Source: a virus (Duplodnaviria > Caudoviricetes). From it: a DNA stretch of 64,000 nucleotides. Where the stretch lies: the IMG/VR virus record IMGVR_UViG_3300042992_001693, positions 1 through 64,000 of that record; one strand, 5' to 3'. The position numbers were made by a program, and so were the translations under genes. This document shows positions 16,031 through 26,080 of this stretch, piece after piece. Every line of letters starts with the position of its first letter. Within the stretch, counting starts at the first letter, position 1. The notes below the pieces were generated by a model. The model made no database searches. It saw only the letters and a program-made list of their open reading frames with translations, and was not told the DNA's origin.

Positions 16031-16606
16031 TTAGATTTCGTCTTTTAGTCTACCACTTTGTTTCATCCAAATCATAAGATCAATTTGCGCCACACTCATA
16101 TGTGGGAAATTATGTTTTGCAAGAAACAAAAATTGTTTTTCTAGTTGTTGATAAAGTTTTTGATTTTGAGGTGTACTTTCTGGAGCGTCATCGACACCGT
16201 TATCACGCATCCAAGCAAGAATATGAGTATCAAGTACGGCACACTCACAATTCTGTCTAGTATGCAACAAAAAGAAACGAGCAGTTTTCGGTCCAACACC
16301 ACGAATTTGTAAAAGATCTTCCAAAGAGCAATTGCGCAAATCAAGATTAAGAGAATCCAAAATAGCTTTGGTGAGTCTGTTATACTGACCGATACGAGAA
16401 GCAACAAGAGCATTGTGAATGCCGACTTCACCAAGGTTTTGTAGGTATTCAAATGGAAGGACATCTTTGTTTAAAAGTCGAGCGAGACATTTACTAGCGT
16501 AGTCGCTATTCTTTCCAGCAACAAACATGCTGAAAAGCCAAAACGATTGCAGTTCATAATCGTTACGATTGAAGTTGGTGATTTGAGTTGGGGTTATTGC
16601 TTGCAT
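16031..16606 (-). CDS. HhH-family DNA glycosylase-like protein (EndoIII/OGG-like)
   Basis: LLQIRGVGPKTARFFL helix-hairpin-helix, AVLDTHIL catalytic Asp, D..IW. Confidence 0.75.
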   Translation of the reverse strand: MQAITPTQITNFNRNDYELQSFWLFSMFVAGKNSDYASKCLARLLNKDVLPFEYLQNLGEVGIHNALVASRIGQYNRLTKAILDSLNLDLRNCSLEDLLQIRGVGPKTARFFLLHTRQNCECAVLDTHILAWMRDNGVDDAPESTPQNQKLYQQLEKQFLFLAKHNFPHMSVAQIDLMIWMKQSGRLKDEI

Positions 16607-16698
16607 GCCCTTATACTAAATTAGTTTTTTATTAATTCTTTTTTAGAGTTTTTATAAACAAATATACCACAATGCAAAACAAAACCAATTTTATTATC

Positions 16699-17004
16699 TT
16701 ATTGTTCTTCTGGTTGTTCTGCAGAAGATCCTTCAGAGTTTGGTTGCTCTGTAGTAAATTCTTCAACGTTTCCTTGAATTCCAAAAGATACTGTAATGTT
16801 TCCTTGTTCATCTTGATTTACTATTTTTTGATGTTGCAAACTTAACAAATCTTTTGAAAATGTTTTATCAATTTGCCATAATTGTTTGGCTGCCCAATTT
16901 AAATGTGGCGATGCCATCAACACGACTACAGAACCAAGTTCTGATGTTGTTAAGTTTTCTTCGACTATTGATACTGGGATTTCAATTACTTTTTCTTTTT
17001 TCAT
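16699..17004 (-). CDS. hypothetical protein
   Basis: 101-aa ORF coupled to the upstream stop. Confidence 0.6.
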   Translation of the reverse strand: MKKEKVIEIPVSIVEENLTTSELGSVVVLMASPHLNWAAKQLWQIDKTFSKDLLSLQHQKIVNQDEQGNITVSFGIQGNVEEFTTEQPNSEGSSAEQPEEQ

Positions 17005-17960
17005 TATTTCGATTCTAATTGTTTGACTAATTCTTTTAGAAAAGTTTCATCTTTTATTGAATTCACTTTCCATACTGATTCTGATCCTCTGCCATATTTG
17101 CATAATTTATTTTCTGCAACCAACTCTCTCAATATATTATTAGCAGTTTGTGTGCTAATGTCAAGTTCTTCAGATACACGCGCAACAGTAATCAAAGGTG
17201 GTTCTACCATATTAATGATATGATTCTTCCTTGTTTGTGATATTGAAACTTTTGAGGTTTTTACTTTTTCCTCTGGTTCATACGCTCCCAAAAATGTATA
17301 TCCAGATGATTCCATGATTGCTTTGTATTGTGCTGTTGGTCCGAATCTATTCTTGTAAACATTGATTATTCTATAATCTTTACCAAGTTCTTCGTCTTTG
17401 TCAATTTTCAAATTAACATCAACAGCATATGGTAAAGTAGTTCCGCCTTTCAGTTCTCCGCTTGTTGTCATTTGAACAATGAAAAGCAAAGCGCAATCGT
17501 ATACTTTAGCTTTTTTAATCAATGTATTGACAAAATATTGAACCTTTTGTCTTGAATTCAAATCATTATCGGTTGTTAAACATTGAAAGCTATCAATCAC
17601 CAAGAAATCCATATTCTTCATATGCTGTACGATTTCATCTACATTTGTGATTGTGGCAATTTTTAAATTTTTAACATTCAAACGCTTCGCATTGTATGCG
17701 ATTTGTCTAATATCTTCTTCTCCAGATGTATAACCAACCTTGTATCCCTTGGTTGTTAACTTTTCTGAAAGAATTAAAGAAAATACACTTTTACCAGTTC
17801 CTGGTTTTGCTATTAAAGTCATCGTAGATCCTGGCAATATACCATCTCCGAATATAGAATCTAATTCATCATCGCCTGTTTTAATTCTATTAAAGTAACT
17901 ACTTGGAATGGATACATCTCCAATACGAGTAAATTCAACATGTTCGTGATTTAATAACAT
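17004..17960 (-). CDS. RadA/Sms-like RecA-family ATPase with C-terminal HTH
   Basis: IKTG..ELD.IFG.GILPG, Walker A AKPGTGKS, YTSGEE, VIDSFQ, KGGTTL.YAVD, KNRFG. Confidence 0.85.
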   Translation of the reverse strand: MLLNHEHVEFTRIGDVSIPSSYFNRIKTGDDELDSIFGDGILPGSTMTLIAKPGTGKSVFSLILSEKLTTKGYKVGYTSGEEDIRQIAYNAKRLNVKNLKIATITNVDEIVQHMKNMDFLVIDSFQCLTTDNDLNSRQKVQYFVNTLIKKAKVYDCALLFIVQMTTSGELKGGTTLPYAVDVNLKIDKDEELGKDYRIINVYKNRFGPTAQYKAIMESSGYTFLGAYEPEEKVKTSKVSISQTRKNHIINMVEPPLITVARVSEELDISTQTANNILRELVAENKLCKYGRGSESVWKVNSIKDETFLKELVKQLESK

Positions 17961-17996
17961 GACGTTAGATTACTCTAGTTTTTTATTAATGAATCT

Positions 17997-18191
17997 TTAT
18001 TCGAAATTCTTAATGAACCAATCAGAAATTTCCCAATGGAAGTCTTTTTCATTTTTGATAGATCCAGCCCTTACATAAATGTAACTTTCGGGATGTTCCC
18101 CATCGTAATCGCTCCAAACTTCAATAACATCATCATCATTCATGATGAAATAATAATTGTTGATTTCCGCTTCGTATTTACCTTTGCTCAT
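17997..18191 (-). CDS. hypothetical protein
   Basis: 64-aa ORF. Confidence 0.55.
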   Translation of the reverse strand: MSKGKYEAEINNYYFIMNDDDVIEVWSDYDGEHPESYIYVRAGSIKNEKDFHWEISDWFIKNFE

Positions 18192-19072
18192 AGTCTTGTT
18201 ATTACTTGTTTAACTGCATTTTTAAATTTATATGTTGCTACATTATTAGGCACATTTTTCCAATTTGTGATTATCTCTGCAAAAAATTCATCGGGATTAC
18301 TTACAGAATAAGCAGATGGCCATTTCATAAGTTTGGCTATCTTTTCTCTTTGTAATTTGTAATCTTCTTTTTTAGAATCTTGCAATCTATATGTTTTTTT
18401 CTTTTTAATTCTTCTATGGTATTCGTCTAACATATCCACATACGCTTTTAATAATATTGGATATGATTGTTTTGGAATTAAATCAGCAATAAAGTGAGCA
18501 TATTCATGCAACAAAAAATCTGGTCTATTGGTATAGTGTTGATCTAAATAAATCACTCCTCTGGAATAATAAGCAGGTACAATGTCTTTCGGATCATATG
18601 ATATATTTTCGTTTTTTATATCTGTAATTACGATCTTTGGTCTTTTTAATGGTAAAATACCATAAACTTTTTTTAAAAATTCAGGAACTGTAACTTTTAA
18701 TTGATCTATTACTCTTATTCTACTTGGAGTATTAAGAAATTTTTCATCTTTTTTGATATTGATTTCAATACCTTGATGACTTAATTCATCAACGCCACGT
18801 ATGACAAATTTAATATAGTTTCTTTTTGATACCGTTGGTTTTAATATACGCTCTCTTAATTTTTCTTCGGTTTGTTTTAAAAATCTATCAGCAGATTCTG
18901 GATTTCTTAATTTTAATAATTTATAAGTATCTTGAACTTTTTGCTGTTTTAATTTTTTAGAAAGTTCTCTCTTAAACACAGATTGTTTTGAAAGAGTTTT
19001 AAGCTCTTTCAATTCCTGCTTTCTAAGAGGGTTTTTTTCTCTTTTTTCAAAGAAAATATCGAAACTGTCCAC
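18188..19072 (-). CDS. zincin metallopeptidase-like protein, probably late/virion-packaged
   Basis: LLHEYAH plus downstream NPDEFFAE; TAAATA-N5-GTG; N-terminus MDSFDIFFE. Confidence 0.65.
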   Translation of the reverse strand: MDSFDIFFEKREKNPLRKQELKELKTLSKQSVFKRELSKKLKQQKVQDTYKLLKLRNPESADRFLKQTEEKLRERILKPTVSKRNYIKFVIRGVDELSHQGIEINIKKDEKFLNTPSRIRVIDQLKVTVPEFLKKVYGILPLKRPKIVITDIKNENISYDPKDIVPAYYSRGVIYLDQHYTNRPDFLLHEYAHFIADLIPKQSYPILLKAYVDMLDEYHRRIKKKKTYRLQDSKKEDYKLQREKIAKLMKWPSAYSVSNPDEFFAEIITNWKNVPNNVATYKFKNAVKQVITRL

Positions 19073-19080
19073 TGTAATAT

Positions 19081-20196
19081 TTAACTTGCTACGATAGTTT
19101 TTCCAAGGGTGGATACATGAGCCATTCCATTATCAACTCTGACTTGTTCAACCGAATAAGGTTGAATGCCATTACATTCATCTAATCCAACAATACTAAA
19201 GCCATTCTGCCAATTAGGAGCAGATGCATAGACAGGCTTAAGATCACATGCACAAGCGTTCTCCCAAGCATAAACCTGTGTATCTGGACGCTTACCAATA
19301 CCAGGAATTCTTTGCGCTGTAGCGCCAAATCTATGGGTATGGTTATGCATCAATGAGATGTTAAACTTATCAAGCATACCTCTAGCTGAATATCCACCAT
19401 TCTTACGAACAACATCACCATGCATGATAACAAAGTCATCAGTCAAATTAACATAATCTACCAGATTTACATGTTTATTATATTCACCTAAAAATATTTC
19501 TTCATATGAGAGTCTTTCTCTAATTTCTGGTAAACATCCAAGTTCACCGATTCTTTCAGATAGATAGCGCCACCAACGACCATTAACATCGTTACCGCTA
19601 TGATTAGCATTTACTTCATAAATTGTAGTATCTTCTGGTGATAAACTTATAAGTTCCTTTAAGAAAGATTGATACGCTACTCTTTCATCAAGCAATGAAT
19701 ATTGATGACGAATGTCTTTTGAATAACGAGACACTGCAAAAAGATCAAGAGTGTCGCCATTTAAAACAATAGTTTTCGGTCTTAATTCTGCGACTACTTC
19801 AAAAAACACATCAAGTGTTTTTGGGCAGTGTTTTGGAAAATGCATATCTCCAATAACCAATGCATAATTTTCAGATGACTTACTGTATGCTGTGGATTGT
19901 GGAACTGTTACATTGATGGGAGCTAATTGTTCCAAGAAAGAAAATACCTCATCTTCTGTCTTTTTAAATCTTGTTGGTTTTTCTCTTTGAAGATTCTCAT
20001 TTATATGTCCTTGAACTTCATTATCACTACCTGACTCGAAATTGAAAAAGTCGGTATCATAATTTGATTGAGATTGTTTTTCATAAGCTTTGACCCAATC
20101 AAAAGCTGTTGAACGAGGAACGCCAAAGGTTCTTTGAATTTCATTAAATGACATTCCGTCTCGTTTGGCTTGGATTACTTGTTGTTTTATATTCAT
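19081..20196 (-). CDS. HTH + calcineurin-like metallophosphoesterase
   Basis: IGDMH, NGDTLD, NANH, MHG, HNHTH; N-terminal HTH SFNEIQRTFGVPRSTAFDW. Confidence 0.8.
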   Translation of the reverse strand: MNIKQQVIQAKRDGMSFNEIQRTFGVPRSTAFDWVKAYEKQSQSNYDTDFFNFESGSDNEVQGHINENLQREKPTRFKKTEDEVFSFLEQLAPINVTVPQSTAYSKSSENYALVIGDMHFPKHCPKTLDVFFEVVAELRPKTIVLNGDTLDLFAVSRYSKDIRHQYSLLDERVAYQSFLKELISLSPEDTTIYEVNANHSGNDVNGRWWRYLSERIGELGCLPEIRERLSYEEIFLGEYNKHVNLVDYVNLTDDFVIMHGDVVRKNGGYSARGMLDKFNISLMHNHTHRFGATAQRIPGIGKRPDTQVYAWENACACDLKPVYASAPNWQNGFSIVGLDECNGIQPYSVEQVRVDNGMAHVSTLGKTIVAS

Positions 20197-20405
20197 GCTT
20201 GTTGTTTGTTAAAAAATTCTTTAAATGATTGTTTAAATTTATTTATATCTTCTTGAGTAGCAGTTTCTAATTCTCTTTCTGCTTCTTCATATGTATCATG
20301 ATTTGAAACAAAGTCAACTTTACCATTTCCAACATTATAAAGAATGTCATAGGTATTATCATCAGATCGTCTAACAATTCTAAATCTACTTTTTCGAGGA
20401 ATCAT
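20193..20405 (-). CDS. hypothetical protein
   Basis: 70-aa ORF. Confidence 0.55.
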   Translation of the reverse strand: MIPRKSRFRIVRRSDDNTYDILYNVGNGKVDFVSNHDTYEEAERELETATQEDINKFKQSFKEFFNKQQA

Positions 20406-20598
20406 ATGAATTATTTATTGAGGTGACATCAACATACTTTAATCCAAATCCGCAATCGTCTACGAGATAGTTTATTGCTTTGTAAGCATCGGTTGGAAAA
20501 AATCCAATTTTTGGGTAGAGTACATACAGGTCATTTGAAACATTTATGTTATGTTCCTTTAGTAAAGTTATAGCTTCTTCTTTGTTTTTGAAGTTCAC
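20386..20598 (-). CDS. hypothetical protein
   Basis: 70-aa ORF. Confidence 0.5.
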   Translation of the reverse strand: MNFKNKEEAITLLKEHNINVSNDLYVLYPKIGFFPTDAYKAINYLVDDCGFGLKYVDVTSINNSYDSSKK

Positions 20599-20655
20599 TT
20601 ATCTGACTATTTAACCAATATAATTTGATATTAGTTAAGCCATGTGAATCTTTTT

Positions 20656-21003
20656 TTAAAATTCAGTTTTCCAATTAAGTTTAGAAGATTTGCAAGAAAT
20701 ATTAATATCATCACGATCTTCAAGATCACTGATGTCATATTCTATCTCATCAAGCCATTCATTATATTCACAAGTTTCGAATACTTCTTTTATAATAGTT
20801 TCATCAAAAGTTTGATGGAAAAGTATTGTTTTGAATGTTTCAATCCAATCTTCAATATTGGCATCTGGACCGAGTGTCAAATGAATGGTTTTATCTGGAC
20901 GAAATCCACCTTCGATAGTTATTTTAATTGGTTCTGTTTTCATATAATTCATAATATTAAAATTTCCAAGCTTGTATTGTATGTTTAAATGGTTCACCTT
21001 CAA
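20656..21003 (-). CDS. hypothetical protein
   Basis: acidic ORF; true start probably downstream (MKTEP). Confidence 0.55.
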   Translation of the reverse strand: MKVNHLNIQYKLGNFNIMNYMKTEPIKITIEGGFRPDKTIHLTLGPDANIEDWIETFKTILFHQTFDETIIKEVFETCEYNEWLDEIEYDISDLEDRDDINISCKSSKLNWKTEF

Positions 21004-21661
21004 TATTTTTTACAAGTTCAAGCATCTTCTCAGCAATCTCTCTAATTTCTTTTTGTGCATGCTCAGAGTTACGAAGCTTCAAAAAGTTTGCAAAACTTCT
21101 CATATTAAATTGTACATCAGCTTGAATTTGAGAATTGTAAGTTTTAAAAAATCGTGCGCTTTCTTTTGCACGTTTACGACCAAGAATGGGTGTAAGTTCC
21201 TCTAGACACTGATGATAATACTTATTGCCCATTTTTGTATACTCTTCAAGAACTCCTGCCCAACTATAAACAGATATAGATTCATGTGAATTGCCAGCAC
21301 AACCATCTTCATCTGCATTGTCTAATGCAATCCAATCAGTAGGAATGTAATACTTATCATCATTCAATTCTTTGTATCGGGCTGATTCAGCATTAATACT
21401 AGCAATGCGATGCTTGAGCAGGTGAATATGAGCGCTAACATCGGTATCAACAAGAAAATGCACACTACCTTTTTCAAAGGGTGTTTCGTGACCGTTAGAC
21501 CAGAGCATGTCGATGAGTTTAGGAATGCGCGATTTCTTTTCATCATTTAATTCTCTTGATGTGCTTGTCCATGCACTACATGCAATAATTTCGTCTGAAC
21601 CATAATGTCCAATTAGTTCTACTTTATTTATCATAATATTAGTAATCTTTTTTGTATTCAA
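20957..21661 (-). CDS. thyX: flavin-dependent thymidylate synthase
   Basis: GHETPFEK, HLLKHRIASINAESARY, ESARFFK, NMRSFANFLKLR.SEHAQ.EIR. Confidence 0.9.
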   Translation of the reverse strand: MNTKKITNIMINKVELIGHYGSDEIIACSAWTSTSRELNDEKKSRIPKLIDMLWSNGHETPFEKGSVHFLVDTDVSAHIHLLKHRIASINAESARYKELNDDKYYIPTDWIALDNADEDGCAGNSHESISVYSWAGVLEEYTKMGNKYYHQCLEELTPILGRKRAKESARFFKTYNSQIQADVQFNMRSFANFLKLRNSEHAQKEIREIAEKMLELVKNIEGEPFKHTIQAWKF

Positions 21662-21893
21662 GATTTTGAATTTCTGCTAAATGATCAACGAGATTTGCTA
21701 ATTCTTGGTCATTTAGAATAGTCATATCAGTGTAAGGTTTTCCTCTTAAAGTCATCCACGCTTGTTTGATTCTGAAAAGAAAACCAATAGAAATATCATA
21801 TTGAAAATGAGCGAACTCTGTTCCAAAATCTGGATCATGACTCACATAAAGTCCCCCATGTCCGCAATCGCATTTAAAAAATTTACCATTCAT
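21639..21893 (-). CDS. hypothetical protein
   Basis: 84 aa; promoter motif 7 nt upstream. Confidence 0.65.
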   Translation of the reverse strand: MNGKFFKCDCGHGGLYVSHDPDFGTEFAHFQYDISIGFLFRIKQAWMTLRGKPYTDMTILNDQELANLVDHLAEIQNLEYKKDY

Positions 21894-22004
21894 ATGTGTT
21901 TTTATATTCTAGTTTTTTATTTGTCATCGTCGTATTTTTCAAAAATAATAAGAGCGGCAATTGCAAAAATAATCATTGAAACGCTGTATAAAATAATTGA
22001 TATT

Positions 22005-22196
22005 TCACTCATCATAATCGTATCCTATTTTATGAGTCTCGATCCAGCGATAATTTCTTTTATCACCTACACGCTCAATAGTCATATGACCATTTTCATA
22101 TGCTTCACGATGTGTTTCATTAACACCCATCCAAAAACCAGCAATCATACACAAAGCTGTATGAATGACCAATAAAATTACAACGATAATATTCAT
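22005..22196 (-). CDS. small membrane protein
   Basis: N-terminal hydrophobic helix. Confidence 0.55.
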   Translation of the reverse strand: MNIIVVILLVIHTALCMIAGFWMGVNETHREAYENGHMTIERVGDKRNYRWIETHKIGYDYDE

Positions 22197-22199
22197 AAT

Positions 22200-22538
22200 T
22201 TAAGAATTCATTACCTTCAATAAATCTCTTCTATTTTCAACAGAAAATTCTTCATCACCAATCTTTACTTGCATTCCTCTTTCTCCCATATCATTATCAT
22301 AAATATACCACATAATCCAACCATCTGGATCAACAATATCTACTGTATCTTCAAATGCTTTCCAAACTGTATTGTAAAATGAACCATTAATATCCATAAA
22401 CCCCGCATCATGTGCTTTGTCCATTACTTTTTTCAAAGCAATATATGAATCTAAAATTTTATTTAGTTCTTCAATAGTAAGTTGTTTGTTCATCTTATTT
22501 CTTTGATTTCTAGTTCGTCTAATATTGTACTCACACAT
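22200..22538 (-). CDS. hypothetical protein
   Basis: WIMWYIYDND.G motif. Confidence 0.55.
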   Translation of the reverse strand: MCEYNIRRTRNQRNKMNKQLTIEELNKILDSYIALKKVMDKAHDAGFMDINGSFYNTVWKAFEDTVDIVDPDGWIMWYIYDNDMGERGMQVKIGDEEFSVENRRDLLKVMNS

Positions 22539-23173
22539 CCATCAAAGTCAACTACAGAATACTGATGAAAATGACCGCAATAGTGACGAGATGCTCCACA
22601 AAGTTTGATTAACACATCATGATCTTTGCGTTCTTGTAAACACTCATCCCAAAGTGTTTCATCACGATCACACCAACTAGAAATTCCATCTTTGTCAAAT
22701 GAACCACTCCATGTAGGTGCGCTATGTGTTACAAGTATATCACAACGCTTTATTTTAGAATGATCTAAAACAAACTTTTCATCTTTCCAGTATGAGATAC
22801 CTTCTGTTCGCATACGACGATCAACGCTAACTGCCCCACCAACAAAACCAAACTTTTTGTCGTTTAGCGTTAGATAAGTATAATCGGACAATAGTTTAAA
22901 ATTACTCATGCTTACTCTTCCATCAAAATAAGATGGATCATCATGATTGCCACGAATGCCAATAAAGTCAATGCCCTTGCCACCAAAAAAACTATTGATA
23001 TAGTCAAACTGACGAGATTGTTGTTTGTCAAGTTTAAATCCAATACCCAAATCGCCCACACCAATCAGTGTGAAGTTACGAATTTCTGATGCTTTAATTT
23101 TTAAGAAAAGCTGATCCCATTTGCCATGGATGTCTCCTACTATATAAATTGGTTTGTTCATAATTGACTGCAT
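22490..23173 (-). CDS. metallophosphoesterase
   Basis: GDIHG, VGDLG, IRGNHD, THSAP, YCGHFH. Confidence 0.85.
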   Translation of the reverse strand: MQSIMNKPIYIVGDIHGKWDQLFLKIKASEIRNFTLIGVGDLGIGFKLDKQQSRQFDYINSFFGGKGIDFIGIRGNHDDPSYFDGRVSMSNFKLLSDYTYLTLNDKKFGFVGGAVSVDRRMRTEGISYWKDEKFVLDHSKIKRCDILVTHSAPTWSGSFDKDGISSWCDRDETLWDECLQERKDHDVLIKLCGASRHYCGHFHQYSVVDFDGCVSTILDELEIKEIR

Positions 23174-23763
23174 ATTTTCTCGTGTCTTTTTTTAAGTTTG
23201 TCGTTATAGTTATTAGGATCTAAGTAAAAATCTAATGAATGCAATTGTGTTGATGAAAGTTTTCTAAGAGCTGGAGAGTATGGAGATTTACTATTTTTAG
23301 TCCATGATCTTAATTTTTCAACAGTATGATAAAAGAATAGATAGCAGTTTGCGCCTCGTGTGTAGTTATCGACATCAATATCAAGTTTATATTTTTTGAT
23401 AGTTTGAAGTGCAATACACTCACAATGCCATTCCAATTCTATAGCATCCTTTACTGCCTGAGATACTATCTTTTTAGAGTATCTCTTACCATCAAGCCAG
23501 TTGAACAAAATGTCACATCCTTTCACTTTTGAATTAAAGAATTTACGATGATGTTTCCATTGTAAGTAATGAGAATATTCATGCACAAATATTTCAAATG
23601 CACAGTCGCGTTTCATTGCGACTACAAATTCTTTTTGATCTTTATTATCATCAAACCAACCACCATATTTACCATCTATAGCTCTTGTCATAATAAGCTT
23701 TATTGAAAAGCCGTCATCGAGCAATTCATTTACTGCTTTTGCTATAAAGGTATTTTTATCCAT
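23158..23763 (-). CDS. HExxH zinc-binding hypothetical protein
   Basis: FVHEYSHYLQ, later LEWHCE. Confidence 0.6.
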   Translation of the reverse strand: MDKNTFIAKAVNELLDDGFSIKLIMTRAIDGKYGGWFDDNKDQKEFVVAMKRDCAFEIFVHEYSHYLQWKHHRKFFNSKVKGCDILFNWLDGKRYSKKIVSQAVKDAIELEWHCECIALQTIKKYKLDIDVDNYTRGANCYLFFYHTVEKLRSWTKNSKSPYSPALRKLSSTQLHSLDFYLDPNNYNDKLKKRHEKICSQL

Positions 23764-23778
23764 ATTCTAAGAATGGTT

Positions 23779-24186
23779 TTATTCTTGTATATTACTTAAA
23801 TATTCTGCGTAATAGACCCTATTATAATTACGTTTTCTAGAGTTTTCTGTTTCTTGTGCAATTTTTAGTGGTTCAGTAATATACTCACGTACTCTAAAAC
23901 TTCCAACATTATCATAGGTCCATAGCATATTTTTTCCAATTGGATACATATACGCTACTACCGCATGACCATAATCCTTTCCATCAATATTACTCTTATA
24001 ACGATAAAGAAGAACCTCACTCCATTTTACTTTTTTACCAAGTGATTCTTTAAATGTGATAGCAGTTGGCAAGCATGAATTTGGCATTGATTGCATCACT
24101 TTCCATTCTGGGTTTTGAGGAGTACGTGTAAATATTTCGCATGAAGCTAATAAACAAGTGAAAGTAATTATTAATATTGTTTTCAT
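23779..24186 (-). CDS. putative lipoprotein with Cys/His peptidase-like motif
   Basis: signal peptide ending LLASC; NSCLP...GHAVV..YD. Confidence 0.55.
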   Translation of the reverse strand: MKTILIITFTCLLASCEIFTRTPQNPEWKVMQSMPNSCLPTAITFKESLGKKVKWSEVLLYRYKSNIDGKDYGHAVVAYMYPIGKNMLWTYDNVGSFRVREYITEPLKIAQETENSRKRNYNRVYYAEYLSNIQE

Positions 24187-24198
24187 AATTTTATATAT

Positions 24199-25014
24199 CT
24201 ATATATCTTCTTTACACGGTTTATAACCTGCTTTCTGCGCTTCCTCATCACACAATGTAGTATACCACGATCCGCGCTTGCATAGTTGTCCACACTTTCC
24301 AGTATATTGGCAAGTAAGTGAAGAAAGATGTTCGGCATAACGAACCATACCTTTTACAACATCATTGCCACCATCATAATAGACACGTAGAGTGCCAAAC
24401 TTTTCTTTGTATTGAGCAATCGTTACAGAAGGTGGAGAGACTCCAATATAAAGATCTAGACGATTAAAAAGAATTTTATCAATTGTACTTACAATATTAC
24501 GAATACGTGCAGCAAAAGTTTTGTTAATTTTCTCTCTCTCTTCATTACTTGGAGAAGCAAACTTTGCACCTTTGGGCAGTCGCTTTTCAAAATCTCTATA
24601 TGGATTGAACTTTCTATAAATTGGATCTCTTACATATTTCCAATATAGTTGACGAAACTTTAGACGAAGCCTTTGCTTAGGATTAATTTCAGTATGCTTA
24701 TGGTGCGACACATAGTCATCAATACACCCAAACAATGAATCGACAATGCTCATCCATCCAATTGGACAATCATTCCAACAACGTTGACTTTGTGGCAATA
24801 ACTCTCCATTCTCATTAGTTGGAAACAAACGAGGATATTTTTTAAAGAGATACTCTTCAAATATATCACCATCCTCTATTTCACTTAGAATATGTTCTTT
24901 TAATTCTTCTACTGATTTATATTTCATATTTGTATGTTTATCACATGGACCGTCATTATAGCCATGACTTGCTAAAGCATCGCACTCTAGACAACTTTGG
25001 ATGTTCATGTCCAC
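24199..25014 (-). CDS. conserved phage hypothetical protein
   Basis: CPIGW, QYKEKFGTLRVYY, S..TC..TG..G, W..TLC. Confidence 0.7.
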   Translation of the reverse strand: MDMNIQSCLECDALASHGYNDGPCDKHTNMKYKSVEELKEHILSEIEDGDIFEEYLFKKYPRLFPTNENGELLPQSQRCWNDCPIGWMSIVDSLFGCIDDYVSHHKHTEINPKQRLRLKFRQLYWKYVRDPIYRKFNPYRDFEKRLPKGAKFASPSNEEREKINKTFAARIRNIVSTIDKILFNRLDLYIGVSPPSVTIAQYKEKFGTLRVYYDGGNDVVKGMVRYAEHLSSLTCQYTGKCGQLCKRGSWYTTLCDEEAQKAGYKPCKEDI

Positions 25015-25595
25015 ATTTTTTGATAGTGTTTAACGATAGTGTTCATAGCCCACATATCTTTTTCTTCAATTAGCGCTTCAAGACGACGAACCTCAGCATA
25101 TGCTTCTTTATATGGCATACCATAAAGCTCTTCACAACTTCTCATTGTGCAATTGCCATTTTCCTCTTTAATGAAAAGATCATTGATTGCTTTTGAACTT
25201 GGTGTTGGATATGAAACTTCAAGATGTAGTTCAAGTCCTGGTCGCTCGGTTTTAATATAATTATAAACCTCACGAAGTTCATTATCAGTATTTTTAACAC
25301 TATCAACATACTCTTGTGAGATATATCCCTTTTCAAGATCTTCAGTCCAATCAGTATGATCTTGAAGACCTTTTTCGTCTTCTACATAGTGTATTAGACA
25401 AGCAAAAAGCAAGTGTGGAATAAGCGTTACCTTGTCACACCATGTATTTGGAATAGTTTTTGTCAACCACTTTTGACGTGGATTAAAAAATGCAGATATT
25501 CTGTATCTCACATCCCACCAAAAAAAGCTGTTAAACAGCAATGATGGGTGTTTAAAGACTCTCAAAACGTTAGTTGTATATGTATCCATTATCAT
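25005..25595 (-). CDS. hypothetical protein
   Basis: 196-aa ORF. Confidence 0.65.
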   Translation of the reverse strand: MIMDTYTTNVLRVFKHPSLLFNSFFWWDVRYRISAFFNPRQKWLTKTIPNTWCDKVTLIPHLLFACLIHYVEDEKGLQDHTDWTEDLEKGYISQEYVDSVKNTDNELREVYNYIKTERPGLELHLEVSYPTPSSKAINDLFIKEENGNCTMRSCEELYGMPYKEAYAEVRRLEALIEEKDMWAMNTIVKHYQKMWT

Positions 25596-25596
25596 A

Positions 25597-25920
25597 TTAG
25601 TATTCTTCTTTCCAAGTATCGTGTAGATTATATCTCAGCATACGATGAGATGCAAGTAAAAAATTAATTGGATCTTGTACACCAATGTTTCCATTATTAC
25701 ATTCTTCTACAATATATGCCGTTACCGCTTCTTCTAGTGCAAAGAGACGATGCGCTTCATTAACATAACGAGTAATTTTATCTGGCAATGCTGAATAAGA
25801 AAGATCTTCACCAGCGATTGGCACTCGCTCATAGATATCAAACAGCAGTTGACGCACTTCTGCTTCAGTGAGGTCAGATACAAATTCAATTGTAGTTTTC
25901 ATCTCTAAATAGTCTATCAA
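25597..25920 (-). CDS. hypothetical protein
   Basis: 107-aa ORF. Confidence 0.6.
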   Translation of the reverse strand: MIDYLEMKTTIEFVSDLTEAEVRQLLFDIYERVPIAGEDLSYSALPDKITRYVNEAHRLFALEEAVTAYIVEECNNGNIGVQDPINFLLASHRMLRYNLHDTWKEEY

Positions 25921-26080
25921 TCTTTTCTAAATTGTCAACTATAGAATCTTGTGACATTGTAATGTTTCGTGCAATATACATGCGATTACAGATATCTTTT
26001 AGAATCATAAGTTGAGTCAAAGAATCATATTTGTCGATTCTTTTTAAATCTTTTTTATCGGGTACAGTTGTCATAATCAT
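25886..26080 (-). CDS. hypothetical protein
   Basis: 64-aa ORF beginning at a repeated junction. Confidence 0.55.
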   Translation of the reverse strand: MIMTTVPDKKDLKRIDKYDSLTQLMILKDICNRMYIARNITMSQDSIVDNLEKIDRLFRDENYN

